DNA of 64,000 bases from a virus. The notes below the pieces were generated by a model. The model made no database searches. It was not told where the DNA came from and was given only the letters and a program-made list of their open reading frames with translations. The stretch lies in IMG/VR virus record IMGVR_UViG_3300027763_000029; one strand, written 5' to 3'. The position numbers were made by a program, and so were the translations under genes. The first letter of the stretch is position 1. Each line of letters opens with the position of its first letter. Shown in pieces: positions 1 through 11,300 of this stretch.

Positions 1-1
1 G

Positions 2-514
2 TCATTAAAATCTGAATGGTCTATAGATAATGGTAAATATATACCGTATGGGATTCCAAAAGTAAAAATTGATTTTGATCAACCACGCAAGTCTGTGGTT
101 TTACTGAATCCCAATAATGCAAAATCGGTGGATATACTATATTCTTATGTAAAGAAATATTTTCCAGATGCTGGCATTATAAATATTGATCAAAATATTT
201 CTTATGAAAAAATTATTAGCACTTTAAAAGAATATAATATTTGTATATCTATAAAAAAAACTTTCGATTCTTTAATAGCTTTATCTTGCGGATGTGATGT
301 TTTGTCTTCATCGGTACCAGAAGAAGAAGGAATCATAAATATAGATGATTTTAATAAAATTCATCTAATAATAGAATCAACTTTAAAAATACGTAATGTG
401 GATAAAATTAAAGATCGTATTAGTTTTTTAGCTAAAAAGTATGATCTAGTAAAATTTCAAGATGAAATCTATGATACCATTATTAACAGAATAAAGGAAC
501 CTCTTTTACTATGA
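2..514 (+). CDS. Glycosyltransferase-like (GT-B C-terminal) protein, 5'-truncated by window edge
   Basis: Frame is open from position 2 (SLKSEWSIDNGKYIPYGIP...), so the 95 start is not real. LKEYNICI...SLIALSCGCDVLS resembles a degenerate GT-B 'EAMACG.PVI' motif. ATGA overlap with the next gene. Confidence 0.5.
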   Translation, partial: SLKSEWSIDNGKYIPYGIPKVKIDFDQPRKSVVLLNPNNAKSVDILYSYVKKYFPDAGIINIDQNISYEKIISTLKEYNICISIKKTFDSLIALSCGCDVLSSSVPEEEGIINIDDFNKIHLIIESTLKIRNVDKIKDRISFLAKKYDLVKFQDEIYDTIINRIKEPLLL

Positions 515-936
515 ACAGATTAATAAATCTATATACGATCAAGAAACAAGATACAATACAGGGATTCGACAACATAGAAATCAATGATCTATCTAATCTT
601 GTTAATTATTCAATAGACCATATATATTGTGGATGCTTAGAATATTTTGATTCATCAGTAGCAAATAATATCTTGGAAGAAATAAAAGAAAAAATTAGAC
701 CAAATGGATTAGTAACTCTTACAATAAATAATTTCAAGCATATTTCTAGACAATATATTAATAATGCATTATCGGATAAGGAAATGCTTGGTTTTATAAA
801 CGGAGTTAAGTCTATTTTTTCATTAAAGCAAATCACACTTATATTTGAATCAAACCAAGAATTCAAAGTCACAAAATTAGAAAACTCTACAGATTTTTTT
901 AAGACATACATTACCATTCAAAGAGTAGGAATATGA
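511..936 (+). CDS. Short degenerate methyltransferase-fold protein
   Basis: SIDHIYCGCLEYF...LEEIKEKIRPNGLVTL resembles the second half of class I SAM methyltransferases; no glycine-rich motif I. ATGA-coupled on both sides. Confidence 0.45.
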   Translation: MNRLINLYTIKKQDTIQGFDNIEINDLSNLVNYSIDHIYCGCLEYFDSSVANNILEEIKEKIRPNGLVTLTINNFKHISRQYINNALSDKEMLGFINGVKSIFSLKQITLIFESNQEFKVTKLENSTDFFKTYITIQRVGI

Positions 937-1673
937 AAAATACAAATTGTGAGAAATGTATCTTCTCAGACTATGCAGATAGTCAAGATCCTTGTGTCAT
1001 GAATATTATTGATCAAATAAAAGACAGTAAACAATTAATAATAAATAGTGAAAAATTTTATTATATACATAACTATCTTTGTCCATACGCATTTAGTACG
1101 AAAGCATATGAAGAACATAAAGATAAAATAGGATCTATTGAAGATCTAAAAAAACATTTATATTTTAAAAATAGAGCAACCTATTATTTGATAGTTTTTC
1201 TCGGGGAGAACGACCACACAGATATTGCACAAAAGATAATCAATTTATCGATAAAGCCAGGATTTGTTTCTATAATAACTTATCAAAAGAATAATACAGA
1301 AAGTATAATTAATTCTTTCAAAAATCTTGAAAAGAATAATATAGATTGGAAACTACATAATATGTTGGAAGAATTTGACTATCAAGAAAGTCTTAGCATA
1401 GTATTAAATACTAATCCGAATAAAGATAAATATCAGTTTCTATGGATTAATCTTGCGTCTTCTTGTGATTCATGGGAGAAAGATATTTCTAGCATAAACT
1501 ATATAGTCACGATAAAACAACCAATAGCACATGCTTTATATAGAAATCAAGAAGAGACGGATGGTCTATTCATATCCTTAAAAACATATGAAGAGATTAA
1601 AGACACTGTTAACCCAGATATCACACTAGCTCTTAAAGAAATAGATAATCCTTTAATAAAATACTATGCTTGA
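933..1673 (+). CDS. Hypothetical protein with N-terminal Cys cluster and possible degenerate GT-A-like domain
   Basis: CEKC...C...C at the N-terminus, then an alpha/beta pattern; lies in the coupled glyco-like cluster. Confidence 0.4.
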   Translation: MKNTNCEKCIFSDYADSQDPCVMNIIDQIKDSKQLIINSEKFYYIHNYLCPYAFSTKAYEEHKDKIGSIEDLKKHLYFKNRATYYLIVFLGENDHTDIAQKIINLSIKPGFVSIITYQKNNTESIINSFKNLEKNNIDWKLHNMLEEFDYQESLSIVLNTNPNKDKYQFLWINLASSCDSWEKDISSINYIVTIKQPIAHALYRNQEETDGLFISLKTYEEIKDTVNPDITLALKEIDNPLIKYYA

Positions 1674-2334
1674 TATACTATTACTAGTACCAGAAATTAC
1701 CAAAGGAATGAAATCCTTGGGATCCAAAGCCTTATTGACAATCAAAAATTCAACAACAGTACTAGATTATCAGATACAGCAATTTAAAAAAATAGATAAT
1801 AACTGTAATATTTATGTTGGGGCAGGATTTGAGTGCGATAAGATTAGGAAAGTAATATCTAAATATAATCGTGTTCATGTCATCGAAAATACAAATTATA
1901 CAAATACCAATCAAGCAAAACTAATAAAACTGTTTATAGATAATCACACCTCATCAAATAATCTATTAATAGTTAGCAACGGTATTTTGTTTAAAAATTT
2001 ATGCATTAAAAATTCTATTAAATCAAAAATATTTTTAATCGACAAGCCAAAAACAAATTTTAATATAGGATGTGGTGAATCGGAAGAAATCAATTATTTA
2101 TTTTATGATCTACCAACACCCTGGTCCGAATGTGCCCTCTTAGATAATAACGCTGTTCAAAATATGAAAAAAATTTGTGATTCCGACAATATTGATCAAT
2201 TATTTCTTTTTGAATTAATCAATACTTTAATGGAAAAACATAATACTATATTTGATAAACATTTCATAAGCAAAAAAAATATAATGAAAATTAACACAGT
2301 AAAAGATATATCAAAGGCTAAGCTATTTATATGA
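1666..2334 (+). CDS. Sugar/choline-phosphate nucleotidyltransferase-like protein (NTP_transferase/LicC-like), degenerate
   Basis: ILLLVPEITKGMKSLGSKALLTI...VLDYQI...IYVGAGF...IENTNYTNTN matches the LicC/GlmU-type layout, but LAAGxGxR is replaced. Confidence 0.6.
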   Translation: MLDILLLVPEITKGMKSLGSKALLTIKNSTTVLDYQIQQFKKIDNNCNIYVGAGFECDKIRKVISKYNRVHVIENTNYTNTNQAKLIKLFIDNHTSSNNLLIVSNGILFKNLCIKNSIKSKIFLIDKPKTNFNIGCGESEEINYLFYDLPTPWSECALLDNNAVQNMKKICDSDNIDQLFLFELINTLMEKHNTIFDKHFISKKNIMKINTVKDISKAKLFI

Positions 2335-3032
2335 AATTATTTGTACAAGAATTCGACGATAAATTTATTAATAATATTTCTATAATTGAATCTGATGATT
2401 TGACTATTATAAATGATCGAATTGATGGAAATCTGTATCATATACATTATAGATATGATTTTGATGCATATATTTTTGTTTCTTCATTAATGACTAATGA
2501 AATATATCAATATATAAATGAATTTAATAAAAGCAAAAAAATAATACTTTATCATGATATTATAGATAACAATGTTATAGACTCGCTAAGTAAGTACTGC
2601 TTAAATATCGGGAAAAAATCGGATAAAGGCTCTATGATAGAAATTCCACAATTAATAAATAAACATATATTCTTTAATACAAATAAACAGAGAGATAAAT
2701 ATATTCCATGTTTTATTGATAGGTCTTCAAATATTAATGATGATTTATTGAGTGTTTTATATCCAAATAAAAAATTTAATATAAGAATTTTTGGACCATC
2801 GTCGATGAAACATCAACAAAATATTGGCTTACTATCAGAACAAGATAGGGCGGAAGTTTTAAATAAAGCTAGTAGTTGTTTGTTGGTTGATAATCTATAT
2901 TTGCCAGAAGCATTAAGTTGTGGAACAAAAATCTTAAGACCAAAAGATGGACAATTGATAGAAGATAAAATTTCATTATCTCAAGACATAGAGACATATA
3001 ATAAATTTTTAGACAGGATATTAAAATCATGA
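2331..3032 (+). CDS. Glycosyltransferase-like protein (GT-B, degenerate)
   Basis: C-terminal NIGLLSEQDRAEVLNKA...YLPEALSCGTKIL resembles the GT-B nucleotide-sugar binding segment. Confidence 0.5.
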   Translation: MKLFVQEFDDKFINNISIIESDDLTIINDRIDGNLYHIHYRYDFDAYIFVSSLMTNEIYQYINEFNKSKKIILYHDIIDNNVIDSLSKYCLNIGKKSDKGSMIEIPQLINKHIFFNTNKQRDKYIPCFIDRSSNINDDLLSVLYPNKKFNIRIFGPSSMKHQQNIGLLSEQDRAEVLNKASSCLLVDNLYLPEALSCGTKILRPKDGQLIEDKISLSQDIETYNKFLDRILKS

Positions 3033-3481
3033 TTGATCTGGGAATACTATGTATTAAACTAGAGAATACAACAACATCTGAACATATTTTAAAAACTGCA
3101 AAATCTCTTATTGATAATAATCCATATAGTCAAATATGTATTTTTAATAGTTATTCAGAAATTGTAGAAAATAACTCAGTACCAATATTACATATTAGCC
3201 AAGCCAAATTTTTCAAAGGCAATTTGGTAGTATTCGATATGCCGTCGTTAATATTGAGCAAAAATTTTATTAATCTATCAAAAAGATTTTATTATGCATA
3301 TGAGTTGCCTTGGACAAAACATATCCAAAATTTTAAATATTGGTCTGAAATATTCGATTCAAAAGACCTGAATATAATAACTAAGAATCAACAACTTTAT
3401 GATATATATGATATGTGCTGGAAAAAACCAATAGGTATATCGGAGGATTTTTCATATGAAACAATCAAAGATCTTGTATAG
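3029..3481 (+). CDS. Hypothetical protein, possibly a GT-B N-terminal-like domain
   Basis: 150 aa ORF, ATGA-coupled, alpha/beta pattern with KRFYYAYELPW; assignment rests mostly on context. Confidence 0.35.
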   Translation: MIDLGILCIKLENTTTSEHILKTAKSLIDNNPYSQICIFNSYSEIVENNSVPILHISQAKFFKGNLVVFDMPSLILSKNFINLSKRFYYAYELPWTKHIQNFKYWSEIFDSKDLNIITKNQQLYDIYDMCWKKPIGISEDFSYETIKDLV

Positions 3482-4262
3482 TAAATTATCTAAGTCAGAA
3501 AAAGAAAGTATTATAAGAAAGTCCTATCTGGATAATAAAAAGAGTTTTGCAGATATAGCTTCTGAGTATGGGACATACGCAAATAAGATAAGAAGAGACG
3601 CTGTATCTTTTAAAATACCAATAAGAGATAAGTCTGATGCTCAAAAGAATGCTCTTAAAAGTGGCAAGCATCAACATCCTACAAAAGGCAAAGAAAGATC
3701 TGTGGAAGAAAAAAATAAAATTGGTATTGGAGTTTTGAAATCTTGGGATGAATTAGATAGTAAAACTCTACAAGAAAGAAAAAATAAGAGCAAAGAAGCT
3801 TGGGAAAGAATGGACGAAGAAGCTAAAAAGAATATGATCAGATTGGCTAATGACGCTGTTCGTTTAACAAGCAAGGTTGGATCAAAACTAGAAAAGTTTA
3901 TTTTTGATAGTCTTTTGCAAGATGGGTACAGGGTGGAATTTCACAAAGAGCAAAGCCTACTAAATACCAAGTTGCAAATAGACCTGTTTCTTCCTACAAT
4001 GAATACGGCGATAGAAATAGACGGGCCGTCGCATTTTCTTCCTGTTTGGGGAGAAGATGCTTTAGCTAAAAATATATCGTATGATCAAAAAAAACAAGGA
4101 TTGATTTTGGGTAAAGGATTGGCTCTGATAAGAATAAAGCAGACTAAAGATTTTTCAAAAACAAGATCACAGATAATTTATGCTAAACTCAAAACAGTCA
4201 TAGAAGATATTAAACAATCTTTCCCACAACCAGACAACAGAACTTTTGTAATAGAGGATTAA
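3456..4262 (+). CDS. Vsr/DUF559-family PD-(D/E)XK endonuclease with N-terminal HTH and basic helical region (homing-endonuclease-like)
   Basis: C-terminal SKLEKFIFDSL...IDLFLP...AIEIDGPSHF...YDQKK...LIRI; N-terminal KSFADIASEYGTYANKIRR HTH-like; NUMOD3-like KGKERSVEEKNKIG. Confidence 0.7.
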   Translation: MKQSKILYSKLSKSEKESIIRKSYLDNKKSFADIASEYGTYANKIRRDAVSFKIPIRDKSDAQKNALKSGKHQHPTKGKERSVEEKNKIGIGVLKSWDELDSKTLQERKNKSKEAWERMDEEAKKNMIRLANDAVRLTSKVGSKLEKFIFDSLLQDGYRVEFHKEQSLLNTKLQIDLFLPTMNTAIEIDGPSHFLPVWGEDALAKNISYDQKKQGLILGKGLALIRIKQTKDFSKTRSQIIYAKLKTVIEDIKQSFPQPDNRTFVIED

Positions 4263-4263
4263 A

Positions 4264-5007
4264 ATGGTCAAAAATAAGAAGGATAACAAAGAGATGATTG
4301 AAGAGAAGACATTGGAAGCGGTTGAAGTAGTACAAACAAAAACTGTCACACCTAATGATCTCGAGTGGACTGATCATGTTCTAGGTTTATTAAGTGATGA
4401 TGAAAAGATTAGTGGTAATCCAACAACAGACGGTTTAAGGAGAATATTTGAGATAGCATTAAATTGTGATGTTATTGAGGCTATCACAGAAATAGTCCAA
4501 ACTCCAAGTCCAGATAACGAAAAAAGAGCCACCGCCACACACACCATACGCTATGTATTAAAAGGAGATGTGTCAGATGACATGAATGTTAAATATAGGG
4601 CCGTGAGCGGTGCAGCTGACGTTTATTGGGGCAACTGCGACAAGGCATATCGTAACCATCCTACTGCCGTAGCGGAAACCAGAGCAGAAGGTAGAGCTTT
4701 ACGACGAGCATTAAAGCTAAGAAAAGTTATTGCGGCTGAAGAAATGGTCAAAGATATGGAAGATCACCCAGATCAGGATACTGTATCAAAAATCACAAAT
4801 AATCAGATTAATTTCATTGACGTTATGGCAAAAAGACTTAATATAAATGTGAGCAAGCTTTTGGAAAGTAATGCTCTAGAATCTAAGAATATTTATGCTT
4901 TAAGCCACGAAGATGCCGTAACAATAATAAGGCTATTATCTAAGCATCAGCAGAATATTACTGAGATTCCTGATGACTTATTAGGCTTTAACAATGAATG
5001 GAAATAA
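4264..5007 (+). CDS. Rad52/ERF-like single-strand annealing protein
   Basis: GLRRI...ATATHTI...GAADV...TAVAETRAEGRALRRAL matches the Rad52/ERF-type core; C-terminal ITNNQINFI...LSHEDAVTII helical domain; GAGGA Shine-Dalgarno upstream. Confidence 0.6.
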   Translation: MVKNKKDNKEMIEEKTLEAVEVVQTKTVTPNDLEWTDHVLGLLSDDEKISGNPTTDGLRRIFEIALNCDVIEAITEIVQTPSPDNEKRATATHTIRYVLKGDVSDDMNVKYRAVSGAADVYWGNCDKAYRNHPTAVAETRAEGRALRRALKLRKVIAAEEMVKDMEDHPDQDTVSKITNNQINFIDVMAKRLNINVSKLLESNALESKNIYALSHEDAVTIIRLLSKHQQNITEIPDDLLGFNNEWK

Positions 5008-5009
5008 TT

Positions 5010-5339
5010 ATGAAAGTTTTATACAGAGCTAACGATAAATTATCTTTTGAACTAGAGGCTTCTGGACAAAAGGAAGTATTTAAGGAACTAGCATTAATCC
5101 AAGAAATTTTCTCTGAGGAGAAGTGCGGGGTTTGTGGTTGTACTAATATCAAGTTTGTTGTTAGAAATGTTGACGCTAATGATTATTATGAATTAAGATG
5201 TACTGATTCCAAGTGCGGCGCAACACTATCCTTTGGTCAGCACAAAAAGGGTGGAACATTATTTCCAAAGCGTAAGGATGATGAAAATACCTATCTTCCT
5301 AATAAGGGATGGCATAAGTATTCGAAGAAAGATAATTAA
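5010..5339 (+). CDS. Zinc-ribbon protein (CxxC...CxxxxC)
   Basis: CGVCG...ELRCTDSKCGA; ATG at 5010 directly follows the annealase stop (the ORF track start is 4998). Confidence 0.6.
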   Translation: MKVLYRANDKLSFELEASGQKEVFKELALIQEIFSEEKCGVCGCTNIKFVVRNVDANDYYELRCTDSKCGATLSFGQHKKGGTLFPKRKDDENTYLPNKGWHKYSKKDN

Positions 5340-5399
5340 GATCTTTATATACAGTTCTTAGAGCTAACACATCTTGGTCATAATGTCCACCATATACTT

Positions 5400-8300
5400 C
5401 TATCTCCAGTACGGCTGCTGATTCTGGAATGATGGGCAGGATAAAATGTACTTCCAATTGGTGCCAAAACCCCCTCCATTTACATTTACTTTTACTTCGT
5501 CTATGCCAGAAGGCTTAAGAAAAGTATAGTATGCTATATTGCTGACATATTGAGAATTAAACTGTTCTGATCCGTTATACTCTATAGTGAATTTGTCTGG
5601 TTTAGTAGAAGCATCCCATGAAAGTGTCATCCATCCAGAATCTGCGGGTACTGGGTAGGTATGTGTAATTAATCCACTACCAATAATAGATTGGACATTA
5701 CCACAAGGAACTATGCCAGATTGTATATTTGGTCTAGTATCTATATAATACTCATATGGTATCCACTCCCACGCCTCCAGAGTATCCATATATCTAGTAT
5801 TTTTATGTTCTATACCATCTATACTACCAAAAAATCCTCTGTATAGCATCTCGTTTTGCAATACCATAAAATCACTAGGTATAACGTATTTTCCTGCTGG
5901 ATCTATACATTGCCAGCAAACAAAATTATTAGCCAACTGACCGACGGAACTATAAGTTGAGCCTGGAGGTTTTACCAGATTTCCTTTTTTATCAAAAGTA
6001 TACTTAGTATATCTTTCAGAATCGATACTCTTAATTTTTCTAGGCATGTTTCTAAATTTAATTTTCAGATTATTCGTTAAGTTTAAAACGTCCTTAATTT
6101 TTTTATTACCGATAGATTTTTCTCTACTACCTAAAGGTCTTATATACTCTTCTCTCATTTGAATAACATTATCTTTAACATTATCTCCCAAAGAAATAAT
6201 TAGTTTTTTACTAGCTCCTGTTTTAAGATTCAAATCTCCATAAACAAGATTCTCTGACTTATCCCATAAAAGAGCAGGGGAATTAGACCATATAATATTA
6301 GGATATAGTGTTTTATACTCAGCAATTTTCTCAGCAATTTTTGCGTCTGATGTTGTATAAGTTACTGTACTCCCAACTCTTTCAAAATTCTCATCTATAC
6401 CATTAGTTATGTTAGCATTAATTGGAGGTAATATCTGTGAATCATCACCAACTACATTACCAACTATTGATCCTATCTCATATGAAGTTTTATATGGTAT
6501 TTTTATAGATATCTCTTCGGCTAATCTACAAGGCTTTTCTGGATCAATATGAATCCAATATAAGTCTCTATTCTCTTTATATGAGACTGTAATAGTATTA
6601 GCTTCTGGTGGTAGATTTGGTCCAGTATTTACAACTATACTTCCAGATATGTAAGGCATAATCTCATCAGATGTTGTGCATAAAGATAGCGCCATCTGTA
6701 GATTAGTTTTTTCTCTTGTAAGATTGACGAGAGTTTGTTTTGCTTCCATCTTTAAACAAATACCCGTATCATATGTTTGTTTATTTAGACAGGAAGCTGG
6801 GTCATTAGATAGATTATTATAATACTTTAAACTGGAAGGAATTATACCAGTACAAAGCAGATCTAACCTATTACGTATGGTATCTTTATCTGTAGGGCTA
6901 AAATTTATTATACTGTTTCTAGTATAATCATTTTCTATATAGATTTCCCCGGAAAATGGAATGCCCGTAAACTGAATAGACTTAATACATACCATGACAG
7001 GCTCAGATTTATCGGCAAAAGACGTTGATCTTAAATTTTTAATCAACTGATTTTCTATCTTATCTTTACTAAAAACATCATCAGTACTTTCAAAAATATA
7101 ACGCAAGTCATTTTTTGTGTAAGACCAACCCCTTAATTGATCCTTATTAGGATCATTGGGATCCTCAGTAAAATCAAAAGGATAGACTGTTCCTATGTTA
7201 TCAATAATATCTATGTGATTAAATTTTAACCTATCATTAATTTGATTGTTAAAAATATCTTTTGTATTTTGTATTTTACTATAATCTGGACTTACTGTAT
7301 AGAGTTTATCTTGTATTAGAAGATCTGTTCCCCATCCTATGCTACCTTCACTATATGTAGTAATGTGAGATTCTGGATTGATTGGACCAAAAGATTCTGT
7401 TAAACTATTACTAAAAGCCCAGCTATTAATAGGGAATTTTTCTGATGACCTTGTAGTAGTATCGTCTCTATATAAGAATAAGGTATCAGCGACACCACTT
7501 GGCTTAGTAATATATCCATTTGTTCCTACTCCAGCGCTAAGTACAAATAGGGTTTTATATCCATTAACAGTAGATATAATATGCTTACTTTTGATATAGA
7601 CACTATTATCGTCTATGGTAGATACTTTTATATATTGAGAGACATCAAAAAAGTCAAATGCTCTCGTTCCATCTACTAAAATTTCTTTTTTATCATTAGT
7701 ATCAGATACTATATCTTGTTCAGACCATGAGGGATCATAATTATTCTGTAAGAATATTGGATTTATTGAGATAGGTATTTTATCCCAAGCCGTTTCTTTA
7801 ACAACGTAATATCCGTTTTGTGTAGGTTCTGTTTGATTTTTAACATACACTATATCGTTCTTATAGAAAGGAGCCATATCAGATAGTATAATGCCAGTAC
7901 CAGATAATTGTTCTATATTAAATGTTGTAGATTGAATAACTGATGATAGTTTCAGATCATTATAAGTATTTATTATAGTATAATTAAAATGTGATAATTG
8001 AGGTATATTTTTTTCTGCTAATTTAATAAATTTGTATTTATTTTTTGATAAAGGTGGAGTATTTATATATCTAAATATTGGTGTCTCAAAATAATACCAT
8101 TCAGCACCATTATTACTAGCACACACTATAGCTGTGTTAGCATCACCAAAAGATAGATTAGAGTATATTGGCTTATAATACTGAGCATCACTGGCTATAG
8201 TTTGATTAAAGAACCTAACATCAGTAAAATAATTAATAATAGGATCAGCGCGACCACCATTAGACATAAAAGAACTTACCATAGCCAATGCTTGAAGACC

Positions 8301-11300
8301 ACCAACTACGCCCGCAAGACCTAGTGACATTGCGGATAGTCCGATCATAGCGTATGGTAAAAGAGAAGGAAATGTTGGTATCTGACTAGATATTCCTCGA
8401 TACATATCCGGATCACAATTAAAACAAGTATTTATATTTGCAAAATATGGATAAGGAGCATTTATATTAACACTAGGTATCAAGTAATTTTTATTAGTAA
8501 AATCTCCAATAAAATTAACGCCACTGGAAGGATTATATGGATTTACAGGAGAAAATGCAGAATAATCTATATATCCTAAAATATCTTTAGCTATAGGTTG
8601 ATGTATATCGTCAGTATGAACAATGATCTCCCAACTACATAAACTATCAGATACAGAAGATGAATAATGCTTATTCTCTGTAGAAGATAATCCTGCTACG
8701 CTATCATTGATTAATAGGTTATCTAAAATAGTATTAGTATAGTCTATTGGATCAATAAAAGAAAAATTTATTGTAAATTCAGTACCAGTTAATGGTATGT
8801 TATAAAATTTAAGAAATGAATTTCCGGCAGTATTTATATTGTTAGTTTTAATTATACTACTATAAATTTGAGAATCTATATCATTATATCCGGTAGCAAC
8901 AACTGTCGGTTGTATGATTCCATAATTATTTAATTGTTCTTTTAGTGGAGATTTGATATAGTTATTATCTATACTTTTTGATGTACTAATATACTTATCA
9001 GCATGATCAGAGAACTTAAAACTAAAATTTGTATTATAGTTAGATATATTTTCTTGATTCAGTAAGTATAATCTTGCAGTACCATTGGAAGGTATGGCAT
9101 TACCCGTATTCATATTTCCTAATGCTGATAAATACATATTCGCTTGACTATTATTTGTGAATCCATTAAAATTTGATTTGATAAAAAACTTATTGTCATT
9201 TGGTAATGAGTCCCTTGAAAACCTGGGGTTTTTAACATCTAACCATACAACCAAGTTTTTAGGATTAACATAGTTCAAAAAATTCAATTTGACTTCTAAA
9301 TCTTTGATAACTAAGTGTGAAATACCTGTTGTGGGTATTCCATAAGTAATAGAAGATCTCAAACAGCCATCAGATATCAGATTATTTCTACTTTCATCTT
9401 GGATCGGAATATTTGGGCTACTATTTAAATTATCATAATCAAGATTATTCCACTTGATAGAATCAAAGCCATATTTATTCCCTATTGCGATATCGGATGT
9501 TAACAGATTTTCATTTATTATTATTGTAGATTGATGTACTAAATTTTGTCCATCCATTGATGGTTTTAAATACATCAGTCCTGGTCCACTGAAAGCAAAT
9601 GATTTCTGTCTATCAAGATTATTAGATATTACACACGATTGATTTAAATAGCCAAAGCTACCATTATCTTTTATCCATCCAGAGCTGGGGTGGAAATGCC
9701 CTCGTCTAAAATCAACATAATGTCCATCTCCTGTTGGTAAAACTTCTTTAAGATGACAATACTTTCCTGTCCCAGGAATTAAATAAAAATTGTTTCTAGA
9801 TAAAAGTATTGGCATTTCTAAAGATTCTGGCTGAGGATGTCCAGATATTTTAATACCAAGATTATCTACTACCTTAGTATCGTATCCGCCATAGGGTAAG
9901 ATTTGTGGAGATAAAGTTGTGGAGATCAGTGGGGTAGTGTACGATACTTTACTATTGGTTCTTCCATTTGTAGAAATAGAATCATGATAATAGAATGTTG
10001 TTGTATCTCGATATTTTCTAACATAACTAGAAGCTCCCAACTCAACATTGTCCGCCAACCTAATTTTTTTATCTGCTACTACTTGTTCTTTAAAAAATGA
10101 TTTACATTGAGAATACTTATTATCTCTATCTCTCATATTCTCTATCTGTATGCTCAATAATAATATTTTAGTATTATTTGGATAAAAAGATAGTTTTAAA
10201 TTTGCATCTTGATTCATCAATGTTACTTCTTGACCATCTATATTAAAATCTAATTGAACATCTCTAAGTTTTGTAACATTTAACCGATCAAAATTTACTT
10301 CGTTAGTTTCTCCATCATCATAATAGTTATCAGAATCTACTATCCATAAAAGACCTCTTTTATTAAAAGCTACCTGTTTAAAAACCCCATTTATTATCTT
10401 ATTATTAACAGAAGGTGCTGGTGGGGTTATTGAAGAATTTAGTGGTTCAGTATCTGATGTGGTGATCTTTAATATGTCAGATTGTGAAACTCCTCCAGTT
10501 GTTGTTCTTGTTGCTTTAATTTCATAAGTTCCAGTAGAAAAAATATGGATGTCTGGGGTAGGATCTGATGATGTAGGATATGCTGTTACTTGATAGGCTT
10601 TTATCCCGGCTTTATTTATGTCTTTAAATTTCAAACAATTGGGTCCACTTATTTTTTCCCATAGATATGAATAATCCTCACTTCCTGGACTTGGATTAAC
10701 ATCATATCCTTTGATTACAGACTGATTACTAAAGTTAGAAATTCTTATTCCACTACCCAAATAGAATGTGTCAGCTATTGGTGCTCGTAGAGATATATCA
10801 GCTAATGGAATATACCCAGTAGTTGCAAAATTATTTGCTCTAATATTTATAACTGATCCTGATGTAGTAATATCTGTTAAATATTTTATATTACCAATTT
10901 CTATGGAACTATTATTATATATTGAACTAGTTGCCGGTATATTTTTATCATACATTCCAATCGAAGACAAAGATAAAAAAGCATGAGGTCCATTACTTAT
11001 TGGTTTTTTCAAGCTTAAACCAATATCACTCACTATGGAAAGATATGGAGGATATTTACCTAATAGTTTTTTAACCAAATCTAATTTTGATTGTATATAA
11101 TTATTTCTATTATGTCTTTTATATATATGATATGATATTTTTTTGTATTTATTGAATATGATATTTAGTATTTTTTTGAGTTCTTTTATATCTGTATTAT
11201 CGCCAGTATCAGTAATATCTAGATTGATATACGTTGTTACCGCATTATAGATTTCATCATCATTTAAAATATTTATTGTAGTTCTATCTATGATAGGAGA

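Noticed and set aside
5340-5399. Bidirectional intrinsic terminator at the convergence point
   Set aside because: No convincing GC-rich stem with T-tracts in the 60-nt gap.
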